Assembly (NCBI RefSeq): GCF_020745735.1
Contig: NC_083412.1
Span: forward strand, 64,446,320-64,510,319
Source of the DNA: Hemiscyllium ocellatum
Taxonomy: Eukaryota
Direction of reading: 5' to 3'
Length of the DNA: 64,000 bases
Positions 53,001-64,000 of this stretch are shown here, one piece after another; the stretch's first letter is position 1, and every line of letters starts with the position of its first letter. A program made the position numbers and the translations under genes. A model generated the notes under the pieces. It saw only the letters and a program-made list of their open reading frames with translations. It was not told where the DNA came from and did no database searches.

Positions 53001-54973
53001 TGAATTACCCAATGAAAACTGGTTGCACCAGACTCTTGACAAAATGATTATTATTCTGCAACAATGTAAATTTCACGTTTGAAGATTCTTTCACCTGAAA
53101 AACGACATTAAAAAGTAGAAAATAGTAACTGTTTACCTTCTATGAACAGGAGCAACTAAATTACTGATGCCTATTAACTGCACTCATGCAAACAATGTCA
53201 TTGGTACAGCAGCTAGGTAAAACTGACTTTGGTTCAAGCTTTTAATAGCTGTCCATATTTGGTAGGCAGCCATATTCATTTTGTTTGCAGTTTGGTAGTG
53301 CAACCCTACCAGAACTGCATATTTTGTGTCTTGAAAAGGAGATTAATGTAGTTACTAACAAGGAAAAAAATGGTGGCTGTCATTACTTAAGATGAGAATC
53401 TTAATTGAATCGAGTTGTTATGACTAACACAAAGAACAATATTAACCAACGTGAATTTGAATTAGAACATCAATTCAAGTACCTGTTTGGTACACGCACA
53501 GTGCAGCAATATGAGTGAATAGTCAGCAACAGAGCTCGGGCTTGTTGAATGAACACTTGTTTGATTCAAGCACATTATTTGTTAAAACATCAGCTGCATT
53601 TATCAGAAAATATCACGTGCTATTGAACAAAAGAAATTTATACCTCATTCATTTCCCGTGGGTAGCTCAGCACAAAGTTCACACATATTGAGTATCTAAA
53701 CATGTTGTTCATTAACCAATTGGGAATGCTGGACATGTGGCCACAGCAATCATTCTGGCTTGTAATATAAACCTTGCTCCTCTCTTTCAAGTTCACTACA
53801 GAAAATGACAGGCACCATTTTTATTCCATGTGAACTGCAATGCTCTACTCCAGTCCTTTAATTTTTGGTTTTAATACGCTTACAGCAATGGTTCAAGCCA
53901 TACTGTGCATACTGTAAGCCGCTTGTCTCAAAACAACCCTATTTTCCCTTAAAGATAAACAAACACCAAACTGCGCCAACATTAGATATGTTATCAAGTT
54001 CTATGGGAACATACATTATTTAGTTTCTATAAATAAATCAGTTTCTGGAAACTAAATAATGAATTTTCCCCGTTAGCTTTTATGGTTGGTCTGGCATATT
54101 TGTAGTTTGCTCATCTCTACCATATTCCGTGATGGTTTCAACTAGTCTCAGTAACTGAGCAAAGACAAAAGCTTCACAAGATACCCATGATCCACTGACA
54201 ATAAAGTCTTCTCCATCTCCAGTTGTTCAGCTACGTGGATCAATATTGCTGATGGTATGACATTTGCTAACATACCCAACCTTTACATTTAGGAAGGACA
54301 GACTTACGAAGCCATTTTAAAAACCAAGAATGTTTTTAAAACCATCAGTTTGCGAACTTTTGTCTCAAAGCATCTAACTTTGAATCTTTCCTACAAAAAT
54401 AACCAACAGTAAACCACTTTATACAAACGGTGCATAAATCTACAGTGTACCCGACAAGGAACAACCTTTTTTTTTCCAAAAGAAAGGAGATAATTTCAAG
54501 AGACATTAACAAGAAGAAGAAAAAAATAAAAACCCAATGTAATTTTCTTAACGGTATACACAGGGGAAAAAAAAAAGATGCACAAGCATCCCAAGTACAG
54601 GCCTGCCTAAACTGTACCAGTTAAAGAAACCCATGCTATTTATACATGATATAAACACCTTTATGAAACAAAAAGGCCTGTACAACAGACCTAATTAAAA
54701 TAAACACACAATTAAAAAGAACTAATAAAATAGATACTAAAGGAGACAGAACCCTTGCCTATGCATTGTTAATGACTCCTATATTGTTACGACCGTCTGA
54801 AACGATAAATATTCACGTGTTTCCTTTTTGGTAGAAGTCTTTTTTTTGTCATTTGTGACACAATCCTGAAAAGCAAGTTAAAAAATTAGGCAAACATCAG
54901 TTTTGCTTTTGCTGGAAGCAGCCAATTACACATCCCATTACTGGATTAAATGATCCATTCTAGGGAGTACGTC

Positions 54974-55272
54974 TCATTGGGCCTTGGTGGTGTTGGTGGC
55001 CCCACCTGCTGAGGTCACAGTGAATGAAGAGTTCTGGCTGGAATCAGTTGACATAGAGGCCATCTGGAGACTCGCTGCATGTCCAGTTGTCCCGGCAGCA
55101 GATATCAGGCTTACGGCTGGGTTGCTGGTGAGTAAGGAGAGGTTTTGTGGGTTCAAAAAGAGAGGGGCTGTCACGATGTTTGGAGTGCCCCCTGGGTTCG
55201 CTGCATTGGCAAACAATAGATTTCCACTGGCATCAAGGGAGGTTATAGGAAGTGTTCCACTAGATGCAAGCG
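54974..55272 (-). CDS. POU2F1: POU2F1/Oct-1 last coding exon
   Basis: On the minus strand: acceptor catttcttctcag, phase 1, giving (A)[60 protein letters not shown]...ATNTTKAQ*. Splices in frame with 63076-63164. [21 protein letters not shown] and the terminal KAQ fit Oct-1 better than Oct-2. Confidence 0.93.
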
Positions 55273-56684
55273 CTGAGAAGAAATGACAAGAGATCTCTGG
55301 TTAGAATAAATGCATTTTGTGAAGCTCTTCATACCATCCGTACATCAAAAAGGGAAATAGAATGGAAAAATGACATAGTCTGTGTTATCATATATATTAA
55401 AATTATTGATAACAATGCCAAAGTCACATAAAAATGCATTTTCAGATTGCTGTATGCATATATGTGTGATGAAATTAACTTTAGAAAAGTTTACAAATTA
55501 TAGACTCCATCCAAATAACACAGTAACCCAATTCTTTCCAAACTCAATTCAAATAATCAATGAGCAAATTCCAGAAACATAAAATATTGGTACACAATCA
55601 ATTTGTATTGTAGTTTGAATAAGTGAGTTAAGTTTTCTTTAAAGGAAATAATTAATCAGGGACATATTAATTTCCAACATGCTTGAAGTCAAAGGTTTTT
55701 CTTTAATTGTTTAATTTCAGATTACTACATTCATGTGTAATTTCTGATCAATTCATTACCAGATTAGCTACAAGTAGTCTAATGAAGTTAATACAGGCTG
55801 TTAAAGATACATTTGTACTAACAAATATTGCAAACTTCAGTTTACAAAAAATAAATCACTTAAATGTTATGTCATAACATGTTTTGCCTCTATCAATTTC
55901 TCTTGCCAACTATGGTCTTATGGTTTTACTATAAACATACTTAGCTTTTGTGAGCTCTTATCATTTACTGCCTGATGTACCTCATTGATTTAATTTTCCA
56001 AATCAATACATTTCAATAAAACATTGAGGCTGTCTATATCTCTTTCAGGTAGATGTTATGTATTTATCCGATTTTTCTACATGGGAACTACAGAATCAGG
56101 CCTTTTTTGAAATTAAAACTAAGTCCAGTAAGTACTCATTGGGTCAGACACTATCCCTTGAGAGAAAAAAAAGTTAATGTTTCAAGTCAATGATCTTTTG
56201 TCAGAACGGAGAAAAGAACTAAAAGGTTTTAAGCAAGTACAGATGTGGCAACATTAATGGCATAGAAGAAAAGCAAAGGTCTGGGGGTGGGGGTAAAAGA
56301 GTTAAAAATATAAGGTAAAAGGGATGGTGATGGGACAAGAAAAGTAACAAAGGATGAATCAAGAGGAAGCATAACTAAGGCAGACAGCAGCAGCATCAAC
56401 AGCTGCTGTTAAAACAAGCACAGACCATGAAATTGTTCCACTCCATGTTGTGTCCAGAAGGATGTAAAATTCTTAACTGGATATTGTAGAGATATTTCTC
56501 AAGAAATAAAATCCCAAGTGACAAAAATGTTGGAATTACACTTGTGGAGTATGCACAGGTGCCGGCAGTCTTCCCACCCCCCACAAAACTTTGTTCAAGA
56601 TTTAATAGAATCTCCCAGTTCAGGGCAAGAGCAGGAAATGAAACCATGAGGCCATCGACATAATAGAATTAAGAGGGATAAGAA

Positions 56685-58835
56685 ATGAAAGGCCAATTTT
56701 CACAGTATTAGGCAAGAACTTTCGAAAGCTGATTGGGGGCAGATGTTTGCAGGTAAAGGGATGGTTGGAAAATGGGAAGCCTTCAGAAATGAGAACGCGA
56801 ATCCAGAGAAAGTATTTTCCTATTATGATGAAAGGAAAGGCTAGTAGATATAGGGAATGCTGGATGACTAAAAAAAATTGACAATTTGGTTAAGAAAAAG
56901 AAGCAAACATACGTAAAGGTATGGACAGGATAGATCCAGTGAATCCTTAAGTATACTCCCACTGCCGTTATACTCTAAGAGGGAAATCAGGAGGGCAAAA
57001 AGGGGACATGAGATAGCTTTGGCAAATAGAATTAAGGAGAATCCAAAGTGTTTTTACAAATACATTAAGGACAAAAGGGTAACAGGGAGAGAATAGGACC
57101 CATCAAAAATCAGCAAGGCAGCCTTTGTGTGGAGCCACAGAAAATGGGGGAGATACTAAACGAGTATTTTGCATCAGTATTTACTGTGGAAAAGGATATG
57201 GAAGGTATAGACTGTAGGGAAATAGATGGTGACACTTTGCAAAATGTCCAGATTACAGAGGAGGAAGTGCTGGATGTCTTGAAACACATAAAGGTGGATA
57301 AATCCCCAGAACCTGATCAGGTTTACCCTAGAACTCTGTGGGAAGCTAGAGAAGTGATTCCCGAGTCTCTTGCTGAGATATTTGTATCATCGATCGTCAC
57401 AGGTGAGGTGTCAGAAGACTGGAGGTAGGCTAATGTGGTGCCACTGTTTAAGAAGGATGGTAAGGACAAGCCAGGGAACTATAGACCAGTGAGCCTGACC
57501 TCGGTAGTGGGCAAGTTGTTGGAGGGGATCCTGAGGGACAGGATGGAAATGTATTTGGAAAGGCAAGGACTGATTAGGGATACTCAACATGGCTTTTTGT
57601 GTGGGAAATCATGTCTCACAAACTTGATTGGGTTTTTTTAAGAAGTAACAAAGAGAATTGATGAGGGCAGAGTAGTAGATGTGATCTATATGGACTTCAG
57701 TAAGTCGTTCAACAAGGTTCCCATGGGAGACTGATTAGCAAGGTTAGATCTCATGGAATACAGGGAGAACTAGCCATTTGGATACAGAACTGGCACAAAG
57801 GTAGAAGAAAGAGGGTGGTGGTGCAGGGTTATTTTTCAGACTGGAGGCCTGTGACCAGTGGAGTGCCACAAGGATCGGTGCTGCATCCTCTATTTTTTGT
57901 CACGTACATAAATTATTTGGATGCAAGCGTAACAGGTACACACTTAGTAAGTTTGCAGAAGACACCAAAATTGGAGGTGTACTGGACAGCGAAGAAGGTG
58001 ACCTCAGATTACAACAGGATCTTGACCAGATGGGCCAATGGGCTGAGAAGTGGCAGATGGAGTTTAATTCAGATAAATGCGAGGTGCTGCATTTTGGGAA
58101 AGCAAATCTTAGCAGGACTTTAATGGTAAGGTCCTAGGGAGTGTTGCTGAACAAAGAGACGTTGGAGTGCAAGTTCATAGCTCGTTGAAAGTGGCGTCGC
58201 AGGTGGATAGGATAGTGAAGAAAGCGTTTGGTATGCTTTCTTTTTGGAGGTCATGTTGTGGCTGTACAGGACATTGGTTAGGCCACTGTTGGAATATTGT
58301 ATGCAATTCTGGTCTCCTTCCCATCGAAAAGATGTGAAACTTGAAAGGGTTCAGGAAAGATTAATGAGAATGTTGCCAGAGTTGGAGGATTGGAGCTATA
58401 GGGAGAGGCTGAACAGGCTGGGGCTGTTTTCCCTGGAGCGTGGAAGGCTGAGGGGTGACCTTATAGAGGTTTACAAAATTATAAGGGGCATGGATAGGGT
58501 AAATAAACAAAAGTCTTTTCCCTGGGGTCGAGCAGTCCAGAACTAGAGGGCATAGGTTTAGGGTGAGAGGGGAAAGATATAAAAGACACCTAAGGGGCAA
58601 CTTCTTCACACAGAGGGTAGTACGTGTATGGAATGAGCCGCCAGAGGAAATGGTGGAGGCTGGTACAATTGCAACATTTAAGAGGCATTTGGATGGGTAC
58701 ATGAATAGGAAGGGTTTGGAGGGATATGGGCTGGGTGCTAGCCGTTGGGACTAGATTGGGTTGGGATATCTGATCGGCATGGATGGGTTGGACCGAAGGG
58801 TCTGTTTCCATGTTGTACATCTCTATGACTCTATA
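56685..58835 (+). mobile_element. CR1 LINE, 5'-truncated, in the last POU2F1 intron (antisense to the gene)
   Basis: Same family as 1990-6710 (GEILNEYFASVFT, NYRPVSLTSVVGKLLE, GVPQGS, LEYCMQFWSP), with a ctctatgactctat tail. Confidence 0.93.
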
Positions 58836-59932
58836 AGAATAGATATTTTTTGAAAGTGAAGATACTTTAGGGAAGATTTAATTGAGACTATTAAAATCCT
58901 GGAGCACTCAGACTGGACAGGAAGGAACAGCTTCCTTTAGAGAGAACAATAATAAGGGAAAATACATTGAAAATGCATGACAGAAAGTGTCTGTTTCCAT
59001 GCTGTATAACTCTATGACTCTTTGAAAAGAGCTGGAACAAAAAGGGTTCCACATACAATTTTTCATAATGAGAATGTAATGGAAAAATAATTTTAACATA
59101 ACTAAATGTAAGATATTACGATTTTAGAACAAAAAATAAGGAGGTTGCTAATTATAATAAGAATTAAAATAGAATAGAGGAACAAAGTGATCTAGGAGTT
59201 TCATACACAAATCACTAATGATAGTCACACAAGTTAGCAACTATCTGGGGTGTTAGGGCTTATTTTTAGGCAGATAGAATTAAGTAGGTACGCTAAAACA
59301 TATTGAAATTTGGTTAAATCATATTTGGAGTATAATTCTAGTCACTATATCATAAAGAGGACATAAAGACAAGACAAGATGGAAAAATAATACAGAATTA
59401 CATAGAAATAGTAATATATATCAGGATGAGATTGATTGTCTTTAAATAGATGAGGGGTGACTTAGTGGTAATCTACAAAAATCATTGAAGGTTTTGAGAA
59501 CAGACACTTTAGAGAGTAGAAGACTTCCATTTGTGAAAAGCAGGGCCAAAGGCCAAGAATATAGCAATCACCCAAAAGGAAAATCAACTATGGAAATTAG
59601 AATAAAACTGTTTATGCAGAGATTGGTGAGAATGTGGAACCCACTATCATAGGGAGTTGGATTGAATATTATTGATGAAGTAAGGGGAGACTGCATAACC
59701 ACAAGAGAGTAGAAAATACTGGTATCAGTTGAGTAAAGGAGGGAGGAACACCAATGTGGCCTGGTTGGATCAACTAGCTTGCTTCTGTGCTGTGTAATAT
59801 CACATAAAAAGGCAGATATAGCTAGAATCCATGGTCGTTTTCCAAATGGAAGGCATTGCCAAGTGATTAAAAGCAAAAGCAGAATGCATCAACAGGATTG
59901 GGCAGTTGATGTGGACTGGCAAGACCTCAACT

Positions 59933-60130
59933 GCTGAAAATGCACAGCAGGTCAGGCAGCATCCAAGGAGCAGGAGAATCGACTTTTCGGGCATGAGTCC
60001 TTCTTCCTGAAGAAGGGCTCATGCCCGAAACGTCGATTCTCCTGCTCCTTGGATGCTGCCTGACCTGCTGCGCTTTTCCAGCAACACATTTTCAGCTCTG
60101 ATCTCCAGCATCTGCAGTCCTCACTTTCTC
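59933..60130 (+). mobile_element. Fold-back mini-PLE with an internal deletion in the inverted arm
   Basis: Arms flank the loop cctg. Hammerhead CUGAAGA (60007-60013)...GAAACGUC (60027-60034) on +, a 34-nt tail at 60097-60130, and TSD ctggcaagacctcaact at 59916-59932 / 60131-60147. Confidence 0.9.
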
Positions 60131-61689
60131 CTGGCAAGACCTCAACTCAAGGAAGGGGAGTTGCCTTAGGTTGTCCTGGTGAGAATTGGAGACATGGAGA
60201 GAACTGGCACCAGTGGTGACAAAGCGATTGTTAGGGCCAGGGATTTTAAATTGGTGGAAGGCATTAGATGAGTCATAGATACAGTGTAAGTGACACTCTG
60301 AAATAACGGCTTGATGTTCAGGGGCCCAGTGACGTGCCTGAGAGTTGGGTGTTCAATCTCTTCCAGACACCTTTGAAATTCCTTGCTACAGAGAGCTGCC
60401 AGGACAGAATCAGTGTGTATACTTCAGATTGAGATAGAATCTTGACCAGTAGGGGAACCAAGGGGATGGGGTAAGGGCTAGAAAGTGCATGTGAGGAATA
60501 TCATATCAGACATGATTCTATTGAATGGCAGAGGAAAACAAAGGTAGTGAATGGCCTATTCGTGTTCCTATTTCTTATAGACTTATAGAAGGTCATTTTG
60601 CCATACTAAAGCACCAACCTTGTTGGCTGGTTTCATGACAATGTTAGGTTTAAACCCAAGTGAATGGAATGCTCTACATTCAGAGGGGACCGTTGAGAGG
60701 AAGGGAAAGAGCAGAAAATTGTGATGTCTGATACTATGGAGCAGCTTTCTATAAAAATGTCTTGGGGGAGAAGATAATTCTTGACGAAAGAAGTGGACAT
60801 GGAGACAAAAGCCACCAAGGAAAAGCTTAGCTTCTGCCCAAATTCATTACAGAGAGACTGGAAGAGGTGAAACTGGGACTGAACCATTCAGGTTCAGACA
60901 GGGTTAGATCAGAGGAGATAGACAAAACACCACAAGGATTAAGATTGGAAAAGGTGTAAGGGGAAATAAAAGCAGAACATAAATCTGGATGGGGTTGAAG
61001 GGAACAGAGATCCATAAATTGTTCAAGTCTTTTCATAAATGGGCAAAAGAAGTCTTTTTCTCAAATCGTTTTATACATGATTAAGACAATACATTTTCTT
61101 TTAAGGGAAACACCACAAAACTAAGTGGCTTTGTGTGTATAGTCGATATAAATGAACAAGATATAATTTCACACATTAGTCTGCACAAAATTAAGCACCA
61201 CTGTAGATGAATAGGGTAATTTCCCTCTCTTTTCATGTCCTTGTACTCAGTGTCAGTTTTGGCACCAGAAAGACCACCATATAGGAGCTAACCTGCATCC
61301 TATATGGAGGGAGAGGAGTGTCAGGTTTCAAATTAAGATCGTTATTTCTATTTTTCCCAATTTTTATCTCAACCGTTGCAGTAAATTATAATTCAATGAT
61401 TAAAGTGACTAGAGACAGACAAACATTTAGTTTCAGAATAAGTATGTAACAAACAGTATAAAGAGTGGACATGTGGGTGTGCAAGCCTACAGTGACATTT
61501 AATAAGATTCTGGTTGACACATGACTTCACTTCATGTCTAATGCTGAACAGATAACACAAAATCCACAGTGGTTTAAGGTAATAGTTCACCACCAATTTC
61601 TCAAGGGCAATTTGGGATGAGCAATAAATACTGCTTTGACAGTATGCCTACATCTCTCAAAGAAATAAAAAAAAATTACCTCCTCAAAC

Positions 61690-61850
61690 TCCCTCAGCAG
61701 AACCTGATTCCTTGTTCTACTTAGGTTGCTGGTTCCAACATGTTCCATGATAATTGGATCCTCCCCCTCCCATTCCAAAAGCTTCTCTAGCTGCAAAAAG
61801 ATTTGCCCTAGCATCAGGCAGGCAACACAACTTTGGAACTGCCCAAGTAT
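61690..61850 (-). mobile_element. CR1 ORF1 (SGNH esterase) fragment
   Basis: CCLPDAR...LEKLLEWEGEDPIIMEHVGTSNL...VLLREF on the minus strand. Confidence 0.65.
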
Positions 61851-63075
61851 AGTAATTACTCCTAACTATACTACACCCTACCAATACCATATTAGTTTCC
61901 ATTTCCCTCAGTTGAAAGGCCTTTTGTGTCAGTGTTGTGGTTGTTTAACTCATCCAACACCCAATTTGCCCTCATCCATGCTGGCAGCAAAAAGCTTGCA
62001 CCTGTTCAATAATGGTAAAGGCAGAGGCTCCTCTGGCATTGCACTTGGTGCATTCTTGCTGCCTAACTTGCCTGTACATGACCAGTAAACAGATTTATGC
62101 TAGTTCTTAATGTTAGGGGTATGTGGGGCTGTATCCTGAGGGAAAATGACCACATAATTCTCTCTCTCCAGGATATCTTGCAATGTCCAGACTTTGAATT
62201 CCAATCCAACAATTCAAACTGATATTTTCCCAAACATAGTGTTCTCTAAAAAACACCAAATGCTGCACATCTGGCATATCACAAGCACTTCAATTTTAAT
62301 TCCTGCAAATAGATATATTTCAACTCAGCTTATTGCTTTCAAACCACTTACTAATGTGACTGAAGGTATAGGTAAAGCAGATCAAATATTTACCTGTATC
62401 ATGAACCACAACAAGTATTGGAGGTAAAAAAGCATCTTCTCGGTTTCTCTCTATATCAAGTTCCCATTCTTGTCAAATTTTGAACTTTGACATTGTTTAT
62501 AATGCACTTAGTTTATGACCACTTAAAGTACTGGAAAATAATATCTGATTATGAATTTTAGCATAAGATGGACTTGAAACATTCAGATGTTTCTGAATAT
62601 CTATTTGGGTCAGTCTTCTGAGAAAATCTGGATTACTTGGCTGTCCCTTTCCAGAATATCAAAGACTTTGTCATTTTACACCAGTTTTGGGCCACATCAG
62701 ATTAATATAATGCTTCCACTAATCCATTGAAAAGTTTCATCAGGCAATGAAAGGAAGGAACAATCTCATGTGATTATTATAAGAAGTAGAACTATTTTTC
62801 GAGTGGCAAATAATTTTGTCCCTTTCTAACTTCATAAGTGTTATACAACATGAATATAAATACTGAAAGCAATTTTTCCAACAAAGTAATGAGATGTTTA
62901 CTTGACTTTTAAAGTATATTAAGATATTCATTAAAACTAAAGCATCTTGGAGCAGTAAAACACTGAGTACATCATTGTTTCATCAACTTGAAAAGCATAG
63001 GCTAATGCACATTCTATTAAAAGCTCTTCTAGTCTGATAGAAGGCAGTGGATATAAAGGTACTAAAGTTACTGAC

Positions 63076-63164
63076 CTTGAATGGTTGCCAGTGTGCTATT
63101 ACTCATTAATGCTGGACCAAGAGCACCACCAAGACTCCCTGGATTCAGACTTAGTAAGGCACCT
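63076..63164 (-). CDS. POU2F1: POU2F1/Oct-1 penultimate coding exon
   Basis: On the minus strand: acceptor tttttaatctttgcag, 89 nt = (G)[29 protein letters not shown], phase-1 donor gtcagt. Near-identical to mammalian [30 protein letters not shown]. Confidence 0.95.
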
Positions 63165-63726
63165 CTGCAAAGATTAAAAACTTTACTTTAGATTTATTTG
63201 ATTAAAATAATTTTTCTGGAAAATATTTATATGCCTTGCACTGCATAACAGTAAAAAATATCAGAATACAATAGAAATTATCAACTTATTATTGCTGGCA
63301 ACAAGAAGGAAGTTCATTGAATATTTTAAAGGCTTTAATAAATAATATAGCAACCACTTACAATTTCTAGTACTGTCATGATTTTCTCTACTTTTTCCAG
63401 CAATCTCAAACTATTGATGCTCTTTATTCATTCAGCAGATGTGAACTGTCACTAGCAAGGGCAGAAATTATTGCTTATCCTGACTTGTCCTCAAGTGGTG
63501 GTGAGCCACCTCTTGAAGTACTTCAGTCATGTGCTATTCTCATGTCAAATCCAGTTCCTAGATCATTGCTGCATACCTTGTTGATCATATTTTCCACATA
63601 GGTTTTGCAATAGCTCTGATACAAATAGCTTGAAATGGAGTAGCTCAATTTAAAGGCCAGTTAAAAGTTAAATGCATTGCTAAGGACCTGGAAACCTCAA
63701 TTGTTTGTCTGGGGTGAGGATGGTAT

Positions 63727-64000
63727 AGAGTCATAAGATTGACAGCATAAAGACAGGCACTTTGGTCCAAACTGGTGCATGCTGACCAAAATGTCCATCT
63801 AAACTAACCCTGTTTCCCTGCACTTGGCCCACATCCTTCTAAACCTTTCCTATCCATCTATTTGTCCGAATGCCTTTTAAATGTTGTTAATCTACCCGTC
63901 TCAACCACTTCCGCCGGCAGCTCATTCCATTTGCAAACTACCCCCTATGTAAAAAAGTTATTCTTTCTCCTCAAACCTGAAACTGATGCCCTCCAGTCTT
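63727..64000 (-). mobile_element. CR1 3' end, running off the window
   Basis: Tail reverse complement tagagtcata followed by the CR1 3' region in reverse complement. Confidence 0.75.

Larger units (their letters stand above)
37220..54973 (-). other. Candidate long POU2F1 3' UTR / downstream transcribed region (distal end not determined)
   Basis: Lies directly after the POU2F1 stop. AT-rich, with many A-runs on + (U-runs on the transcript strand), and far fewer recognisable TEs than the flanks. No unique polyA site could be identified. Confidence 0.4.

Noticed and set aside
54984-55286. 100-aa + strand ORF antisense to the POU2F1 last exon
   Set aside because: It is explained as the antisense shadow of a Ser/Ala/Thr-rich coding exon, starts at TTG, and has no in-frame phase-0 acceptor nearby.
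1-64000. CRISPR array or prokaryotic-type defence/operon system
   Set aside because: There are no regularly spaced direct repeats with unique spacers and no bacterial-type genes; the sequence is intron-rich vertebrate DNA.

Overview
Vertebrate genomic DNA, most likely from a shark or other cartilaginous fish, judging by its CR1, Penelope and tRNA-SINE repeat content. Two host genes converge tail-to-tail, and the ORF track largely misses both because their exons are short. (1) On the + strand are five short coding exons of the T-cell receptor zeta chain (CD247): 9915-10004, 11096-11128, 15173-15229, 15880-15918 and 19763-19846. They splice in frame to give half of ITAM1, complete ITAM2 and ITAM3, and a proline-rich C-terminus. 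(2) On the - strand are the last two coding exons of POU2F1/Oct-1 (63076-63164 and 54974-55272), followed by a long, AT-rich, repeat-poor stretch that may be a very long 3' UTR. Most of the rest is retroelement remnants: CR1, RTE, Rex1/Babar-like, Tx1/L1-like, L2-like, SINEs and Penelope-like elements (PLEs). The most distinctive non-genic signal is four short fold-back PLE-terminus insertions of 132-225 bp, each flanked by a 10-17 bp target-site duplication (TSD). Each has a fixed 29-36 nt unpaired tail, and three carry minimal hammerhead-ribozyme motifs. Every hammerhead copy on a host-gene sense strand has a broken catalytic core. One CD247 intron also holds a perfect 315-bp inverted duplication around a SINE and a perfect 436-bp tandem duplication. 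There is no CRISPR array, rRNA or true tRNA. All calls are by eye and no database search was run; TE boundaries are approximate unless a TSD is given.
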